A DNA stretch of 46,397 bases from an uncultured Desulfofustis sp. (lineage in GTDB: Bacteria > Desulfobacterota > Desulfobulbia > Desulfobulbales > Desulfocapsaceae): the NCBI GenBank assembly GCA_964620665.1, contig CAZUJZ010000001.1, forward strand, positions 1-46,397. The letters are read 5' to 3'. A program made the translations under genes and the position numbers. Positions 6,429 through 17,568 of this stretch are shown here, piece by piece. The notes beneath the pieces are model-generated. The model did not search any database. It was not told where the DNA came from and worked only from the letters and a program-made list of their open reading frames with translations. Numbering within the stretch: position 1 is the stretch's first letter; every line of letters begins with the position of its first letter.

Positions 6429-8834
6429 TCAATCGTACAGCGGTGCTGCCGGCACCACCATTTCCCAGAGCAGGCAGGACCGGACATCGAAGATATCGGC
6501 CCGCCGTGGTTTCAGCGATATCGTTTCGGTCTCAACCCGGGCCGGATCGTAGGTGTCGGCAAGGGCACCGATCGCCTCCTGCTGATCGGCGTCCAGTTGC
6601 TCGATCTGCTGTTCGATCAGGGCCGCCGCTTCTTCCGCCCGCCGAACATCCTCCTTCTCCTTGGCGACCCGGCCGACGTTTTTAATGGTGCCGGCGGTCC
6701 GGGTCATGGTCGTTGTCGACAACGCCTTGCGCCCCAGCACCGCCCCGAGTATCGCCGTACCGAAGGAGATCAGGCTGTCAGTCCTGCGGGCGCTGACATC
6801 GCCGCGCTCTTTGTCCACCTTGAGATAGGCCGCATCCAGACGCTTGGTCAATTGTTCCCGTTTGCGGGCAAACCCGGCCAGCATCTTCTCCGCCGCTGCC
6901 TCCTTCCGCTCCCGAAGTGCATCGGCAATACGCACGTGAAAATCTGCCGCGCTCTCCCCCGGCCGCGATTCCAGCTTGACCGCCGGTGCCCGCAGCAATT
7001 CAAGCCGCTCGGTCTGATAGAGATAATCGGCAAAACCACGCTCGACTGCCCGCAAGTCCTTCCACACCGTCACCTCCGGCGGCAGGGCATGAAAGAGGCT
7101 GCCCATCGGCGGTGCGGCGGCGCAGTTGTCGGGATCGATTTCCAGCGGTTCGCCCACCTGCCAGTCGATCCTGGCAAAAGATTCGTCGAGCGGCAGGCGC
7201 AACGAACACCGCCTGAGCTCGTCGATACCGCGGCTGGCCTGATAAAACCGCACCGACGCCGCTGCCGCCAGCCAAGGCTGAAAGACCGGCTGCTCGACCA
7301 GCAGCGGCGGTTGGCAAAAGCGCTGAACGATGCCATTGCTGAGCAGCGGGGCCCGGTCGGACAACTGTCCGGGCCAGTGGCCCTGCCGGGCCGGCGCCGG
7401 CGAATCGGCACCGCCGCTGGCGCGCCGTCCTTTCATCAGCGTGGCGATCTCAGGCAGCCCGATCGGACCTTTCAGATACGACATCACCCAACGGGTCTCA
7501 AACAGCAACGGTTCATCACGATGCGCAGAGGCAAGAATGAACCGGCGCCCCTTCATGTCGGCCAGCAAGGTTCGCACCTCGTCCCGGGAAAAACCGTTGC
7601 CGCCGGCACCGACAATTCCATCGAGCACCCGGTTCTGATCCTGGGCCGTCTGCAGCCGGCCGATAAACCAGCTGCCGATATTGGCCAGTCCCTTGTAATC
7701 GAGATCGACCGGGTTCTGGGTGGCCAGCACGACGCCGAGACCGTAGGCCCGAGCCTGTTTGAGCAACAGCAGCATCGGTCGTTTCGACGGGGGATTGGCG
7801 GTCGGCGGAAAATAGCCGAAGATCTCATCCATGTAAAACAGCGCCTTGAGCGACGAGGTGCCCTGCTGCCGGCGCATCCAGGAGATCACTGCATTGAGGA
7901 GCAGGGTCACGAAAAACATCCGCTCCGCGTCGCTCAAGTGGGCGATCGAAAAAATTGCCGTTCGCGGCCGCCCGTCATCACCATAGAGCAGGCGCTGAAC
8001 ATCGAGCGGCTGGCCCTGCAGCCAGGAGGCGAAGGAAGGGCTGGCAATGACGTTGTTGAGCTTCATCGCCAGCGTCATCCGGTCGGCCTGGGGGAAAAAC
8101 TGGGCCAGCGAAAAAACGCCGACCGAGTCGAACGGCGGATTGACCAGGGCGCCGATCAGCGACTCCAGGGTCAAATCCTGACCGCTTCGCCAGTAATGCA
8201 GCAGAATGGAGGATACGAGAATGTGCTCCCGGCTGGTCAGCGGGTCGCCCTCGACGCGCACCAGGGACAGCAAGCTGGTTGCGGTGGAACCGACCAGCGC
8301 CTGGAGCCCGTCCTGGTCACGCAGCAACTGCTCGTCAGGCGCCGCGAACCCCGACAGGATGGAAACCGGAGCCCCGCTGGCACTGCCCGGGGTATAGACG
8401 GTCATCTCGGTTTTACCGCGCAATGCCTCGATCCGCTCACTTCCCTGATCCCAGGAAGCCAGCCCGTCCCGCCAGGTGTGGGCGGTCTGCTCGGCCAGCT
8501 CGTCGATCGACAGGTTTTTCCGCGAGGCTTCGGCCGGGTCGACCCACTGCTTGAAATCCTCTCCCTGCAGCTGTGGGAAGGTGAGCAACAAGTTGGCCAT
8601 GTCGCCTTTCGGGTCGACAATGATCGACGGGATATCGTCCATGATCGCCTCTTCGATCAGGCCGACGCCAAGACCGGTCTTGCCGCTGCCGGTCATACCG
8701 ATAATCACGCCATGGGTGGTCAGGTCCCTACTCTTGAGAAGAAACGGCAACGCGGACGGGGTTCCGTCACCGATCGCAACTTCCCTGCCCAGGTAAAACA
8801 GGCCCAATTTTTCATAGACACGGCTGGCATCCAT
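6429..8834 (-). CDS. HerA/FtsK-superfamily P-loop ATPase (DUF87/DUF853-like) with C-terminal coiled coil
   Basis: Start moved to ATG 8834 (MDASRVYEKLGLFYLG, GAGG RBS). Walker A GMTGSGKT, IIVDPKGD, Walker B FYMDE, LATQNPVDLD. Confidence 0.8.
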   Translation of the reverse strand: MDASRVYEKLGLFYLGREVAIGDGTPSALPFLLKSRDLTTHGVIIGMTGSGKTGLGVGLIEEAIMDDIPSIIVDPKGDMANLLLTFPQLQGEDFKQWVDPAEASRKNLSIDELAEQTAHTWRDGLASWDQGSERIEALRGKTEMTVYTPGSASGAPVSILSGFAAPDEQLLRDQDGLQALVGSTATSLLSLVRVEGDPLTSREHILVSSILLHYWRSGQDLTLESLIGALVNPPFDSVGVFSLAQFFPQADRMTLAMKLNNVIASPSFASWLQGQPLDVQRLLYGDDGRPRTAIFSIAHLSDAERMFFVTLLLNAVISWMRRQQGTSSLKALFYMDEIFGYFPPTANPPSKRPMLLLLKQARAYGLGVVLATQNPVDLDYKGLANIGSWFIGRLQTAQDQNRVLDGIVGAGGNGFSRDEVRTLLADMKGRRFILASAHRDEPLLFETRWVMSYLKGPIGLPEIATLMKGRRASGGADSPAPARQGHWPGQLSDRAPLLSNGIVQRFCQPPLLVEQPVFQPWLAAAASVRFYQASRGIDELRRCSLRLPLDESFARIDWQVGEPLEIDPDNCAAAPPMGSLFHALPPEVTVWKDLRAVERGFADYLYQTERLELLRAPAVKLESRPGESAADFHVRIADALRERKEAAAEKMLAGFARKREQLTKRLDAAYLKVDKERGDVSARRTDSLISFGTAILGAVLGRKALSTTTMTRTAGTIKNVGRVAKEKEDVRRAEEAAALIEQQIEQLDADQQEAIGALADTYDPARVETETISLKPRRADIFDVRSCLLWEMVVPAAPLYD

Positions 8835-9131
8835 CGAACACCTCGCTTTGCAGTGGGTCCGGTCATCGGCCGGATCGCTTGGTCGGCTTCCCTGCCCCTC
8901 ATCTTCCGCTCCGGCGCCCCCTGCGAGCGGCCGTGCGAGCCTGATCGGTCCCGGCGAAGACACCTTACCACACCAGAGAGTCGCACTGCCAGCAAACGTT
9001 TCTTTTGCCCGGCGGTGCGACAGTGGTTATAGTGGAATGGCTCTTGTGAGCCGCATCAAGCAACCGACTCAGCAAACAACAGCACCGGCGACGCCGACGA
9101 AACCGCTGCCGGCCGCCTCAGACGACGTACT

Positions 9132-10184
9132 ATGACCATTGCCCCCCCGTCACCACCAAAAGGCGCAGCAGCCCCGGGATCTTCCGGCCTGACGCGGCGT
9201 CGCCTGCTGCAGCTCGGCGTTGCCGCCGGTGTTGTCGGCTCCGTGCTCTATCTCTCCTTCGGCAGATCCCCGTCTCCGACGGCAATCCGTTACAGCCGGC
9301 CGATGATGGGCACCACGGTCAACCTGACCGTCTGCGGCGCCGACGAAGACTTCTGCCGGGCGGCAATCACCACCTGCATCAATCGAATGGAAACGCTGTC
9401 ATCACTGCTGAGCACCTACGTTCCGGACAGCCCGCTGTCGGAATTGAATCGCCGCGGCATCATCCGTAACGCCCCGCCGGAATTGCTGGACGTTCTGTGC
9501 ATGTCCCGGGAGCTGAGCGAATTGACCGCCGGTGCCTTCGACCCCACCGTCCTGCCGCTGCTCGGCCTGTATCGGACGCTGAAACAGACCGGCACGCTGC
9601 CGGACCGGTCGGTCATCGAAGAGACATTGCAACTGGTCGATTATCGGTATATCCTCATTGAAAAGCCGGCGACGGTCCGTCTCACCCGTCCCGGTGTCGG
9701 CGTCACGCTGGACGGCATCGCCAAAGGCTATATCGTCGATCAAGGTATTGCCGCTCTGCGCGCCAGCGGTGTCGCCGATGCCTACGTCGAGGCCGGCGGC
9801 GATCTGATGGTCATCGGTCGGCGTCAGGACGGGCAGGCCTGGCACATCGGCATCAGGAACCCGCGCAGCGACAACCTCCGGCACATGGACACCATCGACC
9901 TGAGCGACCGGGCCATCGCCACATCCGGTGATTATCTGCAATATTTCACCGACGACCGTACGGCGCACCACATCATCGATCCGCACAGCGGCTTTTCACC
10001 GCTACAGATCGCCAGCAGTTCGATCCTGGCGCCGACCGTGGCCCAGGCCGACGGCCTGGCGACCGCGACCATGGTGCTTGGCGCCGAGCGCTCACTGGCA
10101 CTGCTGAAGACACTGCCCGACTGTGAAGGCTATTTTTTTGACAAACAGCTTAATAAATACTCGACCAAGGGGTTTTTCAGCTGA
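9132..10184 (+). CDS. apbE: FAD:protein FMN transferase
   Basis: MMGTT, FDPTV, LDGIAKGY, ATSGDY, HHIIDP, ADGLATA; N-terminal TRRRLL plus hydrophobic segment (Tat-like); immediately upstream of nqrA. Confidence 0.92.
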   Translation: MTIAPPSPPKGAAAPGSSGLTRRRLLQLGVAAGVVGSVLYLSFGRSPSPTAIRYSRPMMGTTVNLTVCGADEDFCRAAITTCINRMETLSSLLSTYVPDSPLSELNRRGIIRNAPPELLDVLCMSRELSELTAGAFDPTVLPLLGLYRTLKQTGTLPDRSVIEETLQLVDYRYILIEKPATVRLTRPGVGVTLDGIAKGYIVDQGIAALRASGVADAYVEAGGDLMVIGRRQDGQAWHIGIRNPRSDNLRHMDTIDLSDRAIATSGDYLQYFTDDRTAHHIIDPHSGFSPLQIASSSILAPTVAQADGLATATMVLGAERSLALLKTLPDCEGYFFDKQLNKYSTKGFFS

Positions 10185-10185
10185 C

Positions 10186-11532
10186 ATGAAACAGATACGC
10201 ATCACCAAGGGGCTCGACATCCCGATCAGCGGCCGACCCGCCGGAGAGCTCACCAAGGGTCCGTCGGTCCGGCAGGTGGCACTGCTCGGCGACGACTACC
10301 TCGGCATGAAGCCGACCATGCTGGTCGAAATCGGCGACCACGTGCGTTGCGGACAACCACTTTTTTCAGACAAGAAAAACGACGGGGTGCAGTTTACCGC
10401 GCCGGGCAGCGGCGAGGTGGTGGCCATCCACCGCGGCGCCAAACGACACTTTGAATCGCTGGTCATCGAGCTGTCCGATGAAGAAGGACTGTCGTTCTGC
10501 ACTCCGGGCAGCACCCCCGACTCTTTTACACCCGAGAAACTGCGCCGGCTGCTGATCGATTCCGGTCTCTGGTGTGCCCTGCGTACCCGCCCCTACGGCA
10601 AGATCCCGGCCGTCGGCAGCGAGCCCGCTTCGCTGTTCGTCACCGCCATCGATACCGCACCGCTGGCACCGAACATGGAGATCATCCTGCAGGAACGTCA
10701 AGATGATTTTCTGGCCGGCCTGACCACCTTGCAGCGCTTGCTCGATCGGCCGATTTATCTCTGCCTACCGGCCGGCTGGCAGGCCTTTGCGATCGAGCTG
10801 CCGGGGGTCGAACCGGTCGGTTTCGCCGGCCCGCATCCGGCCGGCCTGCCGTCGACCCACATCCATTTTCTCGACCCGGTCGATGAGCACCGGACCGTCT
10901 GGCAGATCGGCGCTCAGGATGTCACCGCAATCGGGGGCCTGCTGCGCACCGGACAACTCGCCGTCGAGCGGATTGTGTCACTGGCCGGACCGTCGGTCAA
11001 AAAACCGCGCCACCTGATCACTCGGCTCGGCGCCGCCATCGGCGAGCTCTGCAACGGTGAGATCAACGAAACAGAGACCCGCCTGGTGTCCGGCTCGGTA
11101 CTTGACGGCCGCCGGGCCGACGAGCAGGTCGGCTTCCTCGGCCGCTATCACCAGCAGATCAGCTGTCTGCCGGAAGGGACCGGGCGGGCCTTTTTCGGCT
11201 GGCTGCGGCCCGGTGGTGACCGTTTTTCGGTGACCCGGGCCTTCTGGTCGGCCTTTCGTGAACCGGGGCCGCTGCCGCTTGACACCGCGGTCTGGGGCGG
11301 GCACCGGGCCATTTTTCCACTCGGCACCTACGAAAAGGTGATGCCGCTGGATATGATCCCGACCTACCTACTCAAGAGTCTCGCCTCGGGCAATACCGAA
11401 AAGGCCAAGCAACTCGGCTGCCTCGAGTTGATCGAGGAAGATCTGGCCCTGTGCTCCTATGTCTGCCCGGGCAAGAACGACTTCGGTCCGATGCTGCGCG
11501 ACACCCTGACCTCAATCGAAATAGAAGGCTAA
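10186..11532 (+). CDS. nqrA: Na+-translocating NADH:quinone reductase subunit A
   Basis: Start ATG 10186 (MKQIRITKGLDIPISG); GMKPTMLV, HPAGL, ELIEEDLALCSYVCPGK. Confidence 0.95.
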   Translation: MKQIRITKGLDIPISGRPAGELTKGPSVRQVALLGDDYLGMKPTMLVEIGDHVRCGQPLFSDKKNDGVQFTAPGSGEVVAIHRGAKRHFESLVIELSDEEGLSFCTPGSTPDSFTPEKLRRLLIDSGLWCALRTRPYGKIPAVGSEPASLFVTAIDTAPLAPNMEIILQERQDDFLAGLTTLQRLLDRPIYLCLPAGWQAFAIELPGVEPVGFAGPHPAGLPSTHIHFLDPVDEHRTVWQIGAQDVTAIGGLLRTGQLAVERIVSLAGPSVKKPRHLITRLGAAIGELCNGEINETETRLVSGSVLDGRRADEQVGFLGRYHQQISCLPEGTGRAFFGWLRPGGDRFSVTRAFWSAFREPGPLPLDTAVWGGHRAIFPLGTYEKVMPLDMIPTYLLKSLASGNTEKAKQLGCLELIEEDLALCSYVCPGKNDFGPMLRDTLTSIEIEG

Positions 11533-11550
11533 TTCTTTCGGGTCGATCCT

Positions 11551-12756
11551 ATGAATTATCTGAACAAACGCTTTCTCGAACTCAAGCCCCTCTTCGACAA
11601 GGGCGGTAAATTCGAGCGCTGGTACCCCCTCTACGAGGCCACCGACTCCTTTCTCTTCTCGACCACCAAATCCACCACGACCGCCCCCCATGTCCGTGAC
11701 GCCATCGACCTGAAACGCATCATGATCACGGTGATCATCGCGCTGATCCCCTGCACCTTCATGGCGCTGTGGAACACCGGCTATCAAGCCAACCTGGTGC
11801 TGGCCGAACTGGGCAGCCTGCCCGGCGGCTGGCGCGGCGCGGTGATGGGGATGGTCGGTATCGATCCGCACTCGTTGCTGTCCAACCTGGTGCACGGGGC
11901 GCTCTACTTCCTGCCCATCTACCTGGTGACGGTGATCGTCGGCTCGATCTGGGAGGCTTTGTTCAACATGATTCGCGGCCACGAATTCTCCGAGGCCTTC
12001 CTCGTCACCAGCCTGCTGTTGCCGCTGACCCTACCGCCGACCATCCCGCTCTGGCAGGTCGCCGTCGGCGTCAGCTTTGGCGTGATCTTCGCCAAGGAGG
12101 TGTTCGGCGGGGTGGGCAAGAATTTCATGAATCCGGCCCTGGCCTCCCGGGCCTTTATCTATTTCGCCTATCCGGCCCAGATGTCGGGCGATACTGTCTG
12201 GACCGCGGTCGACGGCCTGAGCAGCGCCACACCGCTCGGCGCCCTCGTTCAGGCCTCTCCGGCCGACCCGCTCGGCGCCCTCGATATCACTTGGCTGCAG
12301 GCCTTTATCGGTACCATCCCCGGCTCGCTCGGCGAGACCTCGACCCTGGCCTGCCTGCTCGGCGCTGCTTTGCTGCTGGTCACCGGCATCGGTTCCTGGC
12401 GGATCATGCTGTCGATGCTGATCGGCGCCGTGATCACCGCCCTGCTCTTCGGGCTGGTCCCCAACCCGGACAACCCGCTCTACGCCGTTCCGGTCCACTG
12501 GCACCTGGTGCTCGGAGGCTTCGCCTTCGGCCTCGTCTTCATGGCCACCGATCCGGTGTCCGCCGCTCAGACCGTCGCCGGCCAGTGGTATTACGGACTG
12601 CTGATCGGTTTTCTGTCGATCCTGATCAGGGTGGCCAACCCCGCTTACCCCGAGGGAGTCATGCTGGCTATTTTGATGGGCAATGTCTTCGCCCCGCTGA
12701 TCGACTATTTCGTGCTGCGCGTCAACGTCAACCGAAGGATGCTCCGTCATGGCTGA
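11551..12756 (+). CDS. nqrB: Na+-NQR subunit B
   Basis: [21 protein letters not shown]-threonine site [14 protein letters not shown]. Confidence 0.95.
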   Translation: MNYLNKRFLELKPLFDKGGKFERWYPLYEATDSFLFSTTKSTTTAPHVRDAIDLKRIMITVIIALIPCTFMALWNTGYQANLVLAELGSLPGGWRGAVMGMVGIDPHSLLSNLVHGALYFLPIYLVTVIVGSIWEALFNMIRGHEFSEAFLVTSLLLPLTLPPTIPLWQVAVGVSFGVIFAKEVFGGVGKNFMNPALASRAFIYFAYPAQMSGDTVWTAVDGLSSATPLGALVQASPADPLGALDITWLQAFIGTIPGSLGETSTLACLLGAALLLVTGIGSWRIMLSMLIGAVITALLFGLVPNPDNPLYAVPVHWHLVLGGFAFGLVFMATDPVSAAQTVAGQWYYGLLIGFLSILIRVANPAYPEGVMLAILMGNVFAPLIDYFVLRVNVNRRMLRHG

Positions 12757-13537
12757 AGAACATCCCCTTAAACCGTTCTATTCCGTGCTCGTGCTCGCTT
12801 TTGCCTGCTCGACCCTGGTGGCGCTCGCGGCCGTAGGCCTGCAGCCCTATCAGCAGATCAACCGCACTCTCGATCAGAAGAAGAACATCCTGAACGCCGC
12901 CGGTATCTATCGTGAAGGTGTTCCGGTTCTCGAACAATTCGACAAGGTGGTCGAAACGCGGGTTATTGAACTGGCTACCGGTCGCTTTGCCGATGATGTC
13001 GGCATTGACCCGGAGTTATACGATCAACCCGCGGCGGCCCTGACGAATCAGATCGGTCGGCCGCTGGAGCGGGACGTGGACGAAGCCGGCATCAGGCGGC
13101 TTGAAACCTATTCCCTGGTCCACCTGGTGCGACAGGACGGCGCTGTCAGTCAGGTGGTACTGCCGGTTCGCGGCAAAGGGCTGTGGTCGACCATGTACGC
13201 CTATGTCGCCGTTGACGCCGACCTCAACACCATCACCGGCGTATCGTTTTATGAACATGGCGAGACCCCGGGCCTCGGCGGCGAGATTGAAAATCCGGAC
13301 TGGCAGGCCACCTGGGAAGGAAAACAGCTCTACGACGACGACGGCAACCTGGCTTTTACCGTGCAAAAGGCCGGCAGCCAGGGTGATCCGGAACAGCAGC
13401 GCTTCCGGGTCGACGGATTGTCCGGCGCCACCCTGACCTCGGACGGGGTCGACCAGCTGATGGAATTCTGGTTTGGCGAGCACGGTTTTAAACCGTTTTT
13501 CGAACAGATAAGAAAACAGGGAGGCTTCAATGGCTGA
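12749..13537 (+). CDS. nqrC: Na+-NQR subunit C
   Basis: [19 protein letters not shown] site [10 protein letters not shown]. Confidence 0.95.
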   Translation: MAEEHPLKPFYSVLVLAFACSTLVALAAVGLQPYQQINRTLDQKKNILNAAGIYREGVPVLEQFDKVVETRVIELATGRFADDVGIDPELYDQPAAALTNQIGRPLERDVDEAGIRRLETYSLVHLVRQDGAVSQVVLPVRGKGLWSTMYAYVAVDADLNTITGVSFYEHGETPGLGGEIENPDWQATWEGKQLYDDDGNLAFTVQKAGSQGDPEQQRFRVDGLSGATLTSDGVDQLMEFWFGEHGFKPFFEQIRKQGGFNG

Positions 13538-14153
13538 GTCCCATAAAGAACTGCTGCTCCGCCCGATATTCGGGCGCAACCCGATTGGCCTGCTGGTTCT
13601 CGGCATCTGCTCGGCACTGGCGGTCACCGGCCAGATGGACACCGCCTTCGTGATGTCGATCTGCGTGATATTGGTCACGGCCTTTTCCAATCTGACCATC
13701 TCCATCGTCCGCTTCCAGATCCCCAACACGGTACGGATCGGGATTCAGATCATGGTCATCGCGACCCTGGTCATCATCGTCGATCAGGTCCTCAAGGCCT
13801 TTTTCTACGAGTTGTCCAAACAGTTGTCCATCTTCGTCGGCCTGATCATCACCAATTGCATCATCATGGGCCGGGCCGAAGGTTTTGCGATGTCCAATCC
13901 GCCGATCGCCAGTTTCATCGACGGCATCGGCAACGGACTGGGCTATGGCTTTATTCTGATGAGTGTTGCCTTCGTCCGGGAATTGTTCGGTTCCGGTTCA
14001 CTGTTCGGTTTCGAGATCCTCAAGCTGACCACCGACGGCGGCTGGTACGTGGCCAATGGCATGCTGGTCCTGCCGGCCAGCGGTTTTTTCCTGATCGCGC
14101 TGATCATCTGGATGCTCAGGACCGTCGACCCAACCCAGCAGGAGAAGAGCTGA
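13530..14153 (+). CDS. nqrD: Na+-NQR subunit D
   Basis: [25 protein letters not shown]. Confidence 0.95.
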   Translation: MAESHKELLLRPIFGRNPIGLLVLGICSALAVTGQMDTAFVMSICVILVTAFSNLTISIVRFQIPNTVRIGIQIMVIATLVIIVDQVLKAFFYELSKQLSIFVGLIITNCIIMGRAEGFAMSNPPIASFIDGIGNGLGYGFILMSVAFVRELFGSGSLFGFEILKLTTDGGWYVANGMLVLPASGFFLIALIIWMLRTVDPTQQEKS

Positions 14154-14758
14154 TGCATTACGTCGATATTATCTTCCGGGCGATTTTCATCGAAAACCTG
14201 CCGCTCAGTTTTTTCCTCGGAATGTGCACGTTTCTGGCCATCTCGAAGCAGGTCAAACCGGCGCTCGGTCTCGGCCTGGCCGTACTGCTGCTCACCGCGA
14301 TCACGGTGCCGCTGAACAACCTGGTGCTCGGTTACCTGCTCAAACCGGGGGCACTGAGCTGGCTCGGCCAGCCGGATGTCGACCTGACCTTTCTCGGCCT
14401 GCTCATCTACATCGGCATGATCGCCGCAGTGGTTCAGGTCCTGGAAATGGTGCTCGATCGTTTCGTACCGACCCTGTACAACACGCTCGGCATTTTTCTG
14501 CCGCTCTTGACGGTGAACTGCGCGATACTCGGTGCCTCGCTGTTCATGGTCGAGCGGGACTACACCTTTGGAGAAAGCACTGCCTATGGCTTCGGCGCCG
14601 GCGCCGGCTTCCTGCTGGCGGTGGTGGCACTGGCCGGCATTCGCGAAAAATGCGAGTACGCCAACCCACCGGGCGGCCTGCGCGGCCTCGGCATGACCTT
14701 TATCAGTGCCGGCCTGATGGCGCTCTCCTTTATGGGACTGGCCGGCATGGGAGGATAA
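14153..14758 (+). CDS. nqrE: Na+-NQR subunit E
   Basis: Start ATG 14153 overlaps the nqrD stop (TGATG); [22 protein letters not shown]. Confidence 0.95.
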   Translation: MHYVDIIFRAIFIENLPLSFFLGMCTFLAISKQVKPALGLGLAVLLLTAITVPLNNLVLGYLLKPGALSWLGQPDVDLTFLGLLIYIGMIAAVVQVLEMVLDRFVPTLYNTLGIFLPLLTVNCAILGASLFMVERDYTFGESTAYGFGAGAGFLLAVVALAGIREKCEYANPPGGLRGLGMTFISAGLMALSFMGLAGMGG

Positions 14759-14813
14759 TGATGACACCGACACACACTATCTGTCGTCAACTGCATAACC
14801 GGGAGGCGCAGCA

Positions 14814-16034
14814 ATGCAGGAAATCTTAGTCGGGGTGGCCGTTTTTGTGACCATCCAGTTCATCCTGGTAAGCCTGATCGTTCTGGCCAAGAAATCCCTG
14901 TTGCCGGGAGGCGATCTGCACATCGTCGTCAACGAGAAAAAAGAGTTGAAAACCAAGCCGGGCGGCAAACTGCTCACCGCCCTGGCCGATCAGGGCATTT
15001 ATCTCTCTTCGGCCTGCGGCGGCGGCGGCAGTTGCGGGCAATGCCGCTGTGTCGTGAAGGAAGGCGGCGGCGCCATTCTGCCCACCGAGGAGTCGGCCAT
15101 CACTCGGCGCGAAGCCCGCGAGGGCTACCGTCTGGCCTGCCAGGTTCCGGTCAAGCGCGATCTGAAAATCGAGGTGCCGCAGGCAATGCTCGAGACGAAG
15201 AAGTGGCGCTGCACCGTCAAGTCAAACGAGAATGTGGCGACTTTCATCAAGGAACTGGTGCTCGAACTGCCACCCGACGACCAGGTCGACTTCAAGGCCG
15301 GCGGCTTTATCCAGATCGAGGTGCCCCCGCACGAACTCGAATACCAGAGCTTCGACATCGACGAACGCTTCCTTGCCGACTGGCGAAAGTTCAAGATGTT
15401 CCAATACAAATCCCATGTCTATATCCCGGTCACCCGTGCCTATTCGATGGCCAACTATCCCGGGGAAGAAGGCATTATCAAGCTCAACGTCCGCATCGCC
15501 AGTCCGCCTCCCGGCCAACCCGTGGCCCCTCCCGGTCAGGCCTCATCGTTCATTTTCAATCTCAAGCCGGGAGATGAAGTCACCATCTCCGGGCCATACG
15601 GTGATTTTTTGATCGAGGACGGTGATGAAGAGATGATCTATATCGGCGGCGGCGCCGGCATGGCCCCACTGCGCAGCCATATCTTCGAATTGTTCAAGGA
15701 ACGCAAGACCAGTCGTAAGGTCTCGTTCTGGTACGGTGGGCGATCAATGAAAGAGGTGTTCTATCAGGAAGAGTTCGAAGAGCTGGCCCGGGAGCACGAA
15801 AATTTCTCGTTTCATCTGGCCCTCTCCCAGCCCTTGCCCGAAGACAACTGGGAAGGTCACGTCGGCTTCATCCACCTGGTCCTTTACCACAACTACCTCA
15901 AGGACCACCCTGCACCGGAAGATATCCACTATTATATTTGCGGACCGCCGATGATGCTCGCTTCGGTCCTGGAAATGCTCGACAACCTCGGTGTCGAGCC
16001 GGAAAACATTCACTTCGACGATTTCGGGGGATAG
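14814..16034 (+). CDS. nqrF: Na+-NQR subunit F
   Basis: 2Fe-2S motif [10 protein letters not shown]...[26 protein letters not shown]; ends FDDFGG. Confidence 0.96.
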   Translation: MQEILVGVAVFVTIQFILVSLIVLAKKSLLPGGDLHIVVNEKKELKTKPGGKLLTALADQGIYLSSACGGGGSCGQCRCVVKEGGGAILPTEESAITRREAREGYRLACQVPVKRDLKIEVPQAMLETKKWRCTVKSNENVATFIKELVLELPPDDQVDFKAGGFIQIEVPPHELEYQSFDIDERFLADWRKFKMFQYKSHVYIPVTRAYSMANYPGEEGIIKLNVRIASPPPGQPVAPPGQASSFIFNLKPGDEVTISGPYGDFLIEDGDEEMIYIGGGAGMAPLRSHIFELFKERKTSRKVSFWYGGRSMKEVFYQEEFEELAREHENFSFHLALSQPLPEDNWEGHVGFIHLVLYHNYLKDHPAPEDIHYYICGPPMMLASVLEMLDNLGVEPENIHFDDFGG

Positions 16035-16039
16035 CAATC

Positions 16040-16234
16040 ATGACCCTGTTCTTCACCACCCTGCTGCTGACCGTGCCGCTGCTGGTCGGGGCGGCACTGC
16101 TGATCAACTTCTGCCGTCGCCGGGTCGGCAGAACCCGGCACGGCCTGACCGGGATGTGCCACGAGAGCGGTGGCCAGATGTGCGGCTGTTGCGCTTCGGC
16201 ACTGCAATCCCGGATCGAGCGCCGGAATTCCTGA
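16040..16234 (+). CDS. Small membrane protein with Cys cluster, NqrM-like
   Basis: ATG 5 nt after the nqrF stop; one transmembrane helix, then C-x7-CGCC. Confidence 0.6.
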   Translation: MTLFFTTLLLTVPLLVGAALLINFCRRRVGRTRHGLTGMCHESGGQMCGCCASALQSRIERRNS

Positions 16235-16290
16235 TCGGTCATTGCCGATTTTGCCGGCACATCTCCCGTCAACGGTGCGGCTCGACGGCA

Positions 16291-17568
16291 TCAATCGGTC
16301 CGCTTGTCAATCGACCCGAGCCTCTGTTTCACCAGGTGCGCCAGATGGACCACCGGTACGTCACGTCCTGCCGCCGCCATCGCGGTCTTCAATTGCATCA
16401 GGCACCCCGAGCAGGTGGTGGTAATCACATCCGGCTCCAAGGCCAGAATTTTACCGCCCAGATCGTCTCGAATCGCCGCGGAAAGCTCCGGGGCTCCGAG
16501 GTGAAAGAGCCCTCCCTGGCCACAGCATTGCGGCCCGTCGGGCAGTTCCAGGAGGTCGACGCCGGGCAGACTGCGCAGAATCGATCGCGGCTCATCGGTG
16601 ATCCCCGCTCCGTGCCGCAGATGACAGGGGTCATGATAGAAGACACGCAGATTCGTCGTCTCACTCGAATCGGAAACGGGACTGCGGGTCAGCAGGCCAT
16701 CGATGAAACGACTGATCTCAACAACACGCTCGCTGATCGCTTCGGCCCGCCGCCGCCACTGGGCATCTTCTGCAAAAAGGTGCCGATAGGACGCCAATTG
16801 GGCATAGCAGGAGCCGCAGGAAACGAGAATCGGTCCGTCGGTCTGCTCCAGGGCACCAATATTCTTGCAGGCCGCCCGGCGCGCCTCATCCGGCTTGCCG
16901 GCGGCCTGCATGGCCAGCCCGCAGCATGCCTGACCATCAGGGGTACAAAGCCGGTAACCGAACCCGGCCAGCACGCTTTCGATCTCGGCAACGATTTCCG
17001 GGTAGAGATAGCGGGCCGCGCAACCGGGGAAATAGGCGATTTCCTTCAGGTCGTCCGCCTGTGGGCGCGCAGCTGCCGACGCAGCGTCATCGATGGCCGG
17101 ACCGGAGGGTTCGTTGAACATCGCCAGTCGCAGACGCAACCCGCTGTCCGCCGGTAGCCGGCGGCCGAGCAGATCTGCCGCCGGCCGGCCGAGCAGTCGT
17201 GCCGCCCCGAGCAAAACGGGGTTGCCGAGCACCTTCCTGGCCAGGAATTTCTGGTAGCCGTGCTCCCCATAGAAGGCGGAAAAACCGGTCCGGGCCGCCG
17301 CCACCTCCCCGGGGATATCGAGTTTGCGCGGACAGACCGTCGAACAGGCTCCGCACAACAGACATTTACTGTAAATATCCTCAAAGACCGGACTCGGTTG
17401 ACGATCGGCAAACACTTCGGCCAGGTGCTGTTTGCCGCGCGCACTGTAGCTCTCGTTGCCGCTCGCCCGGTAGACCGGACAGACGGCGGTGCAGGCCCCG
17501 CACTTGGCGCATTTGTTTTCCTTGACCGGCGGCAGGCCGCCGGTTTCGCTGTCACTCATAGCACCCAC
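16291..17568 (-). CDS. GlcF-like (Fe-S)-binding oxidoreductase subunit (2x[4Fe-4S] + 2 CCG domains)
   Basis: CAKCGACTAVCP, CLLCGACSTVCP, YFPGC, CCG, YHDPCH, QCCG, CSGC. Start is GTG 17568 or ATG 17559. Confidence 0.85.
   Translation of the reverse strand: MGAMSDSETGGLPPVKENKCAKCGACTAVCPVYRASGNESYSARGKQHLAEVFADRQPSPVFEDIYSKCLLCGACSTVCPRKLDIPGEVAAARTGFSAFYGEHGYQKFLARKVLGNPVLLGAARLLGRPAADLLGRRLPADSGLRLRLAMFNEPSGPAIDDAASAAARPQADDLKEIAYFPGCAARYLYPEIVAEIESVLAGFGYRLCTPDGQACCGLAMQAAGKPDEARRAACKNIGALEQTDGPILVSCGSCYAQLASYRHLFAEDAQWRRRAEAISERVVEISRFIDGLLTRSPVSDSSETTNLRVFYHDPCHLRHGAGITDEPRSILRSLPGVDLLELPDGPQCCGQGGLFHLGAPELSAAIRDDLGGKILALEPDVITTTCSGCLMQLKTAMAAAGRDVPVVHLAHLVKQRLGSIDKRTD

Noticed and set aside
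5208..8834. DAC-like gene plus HerA-like ATPase as an anti-phage defence system
   Set aside because: The genes are convergent and separated by terminator-like hairpins; no effector gene or defence-island context is visible.
6417..9032. 871-aa plus-strand ORF
   Set aside because: Antisense shadow of the HerA-like ATPase; no recognisable motifs; long stop-free antisense frames are expected with GC-rich codon bias.
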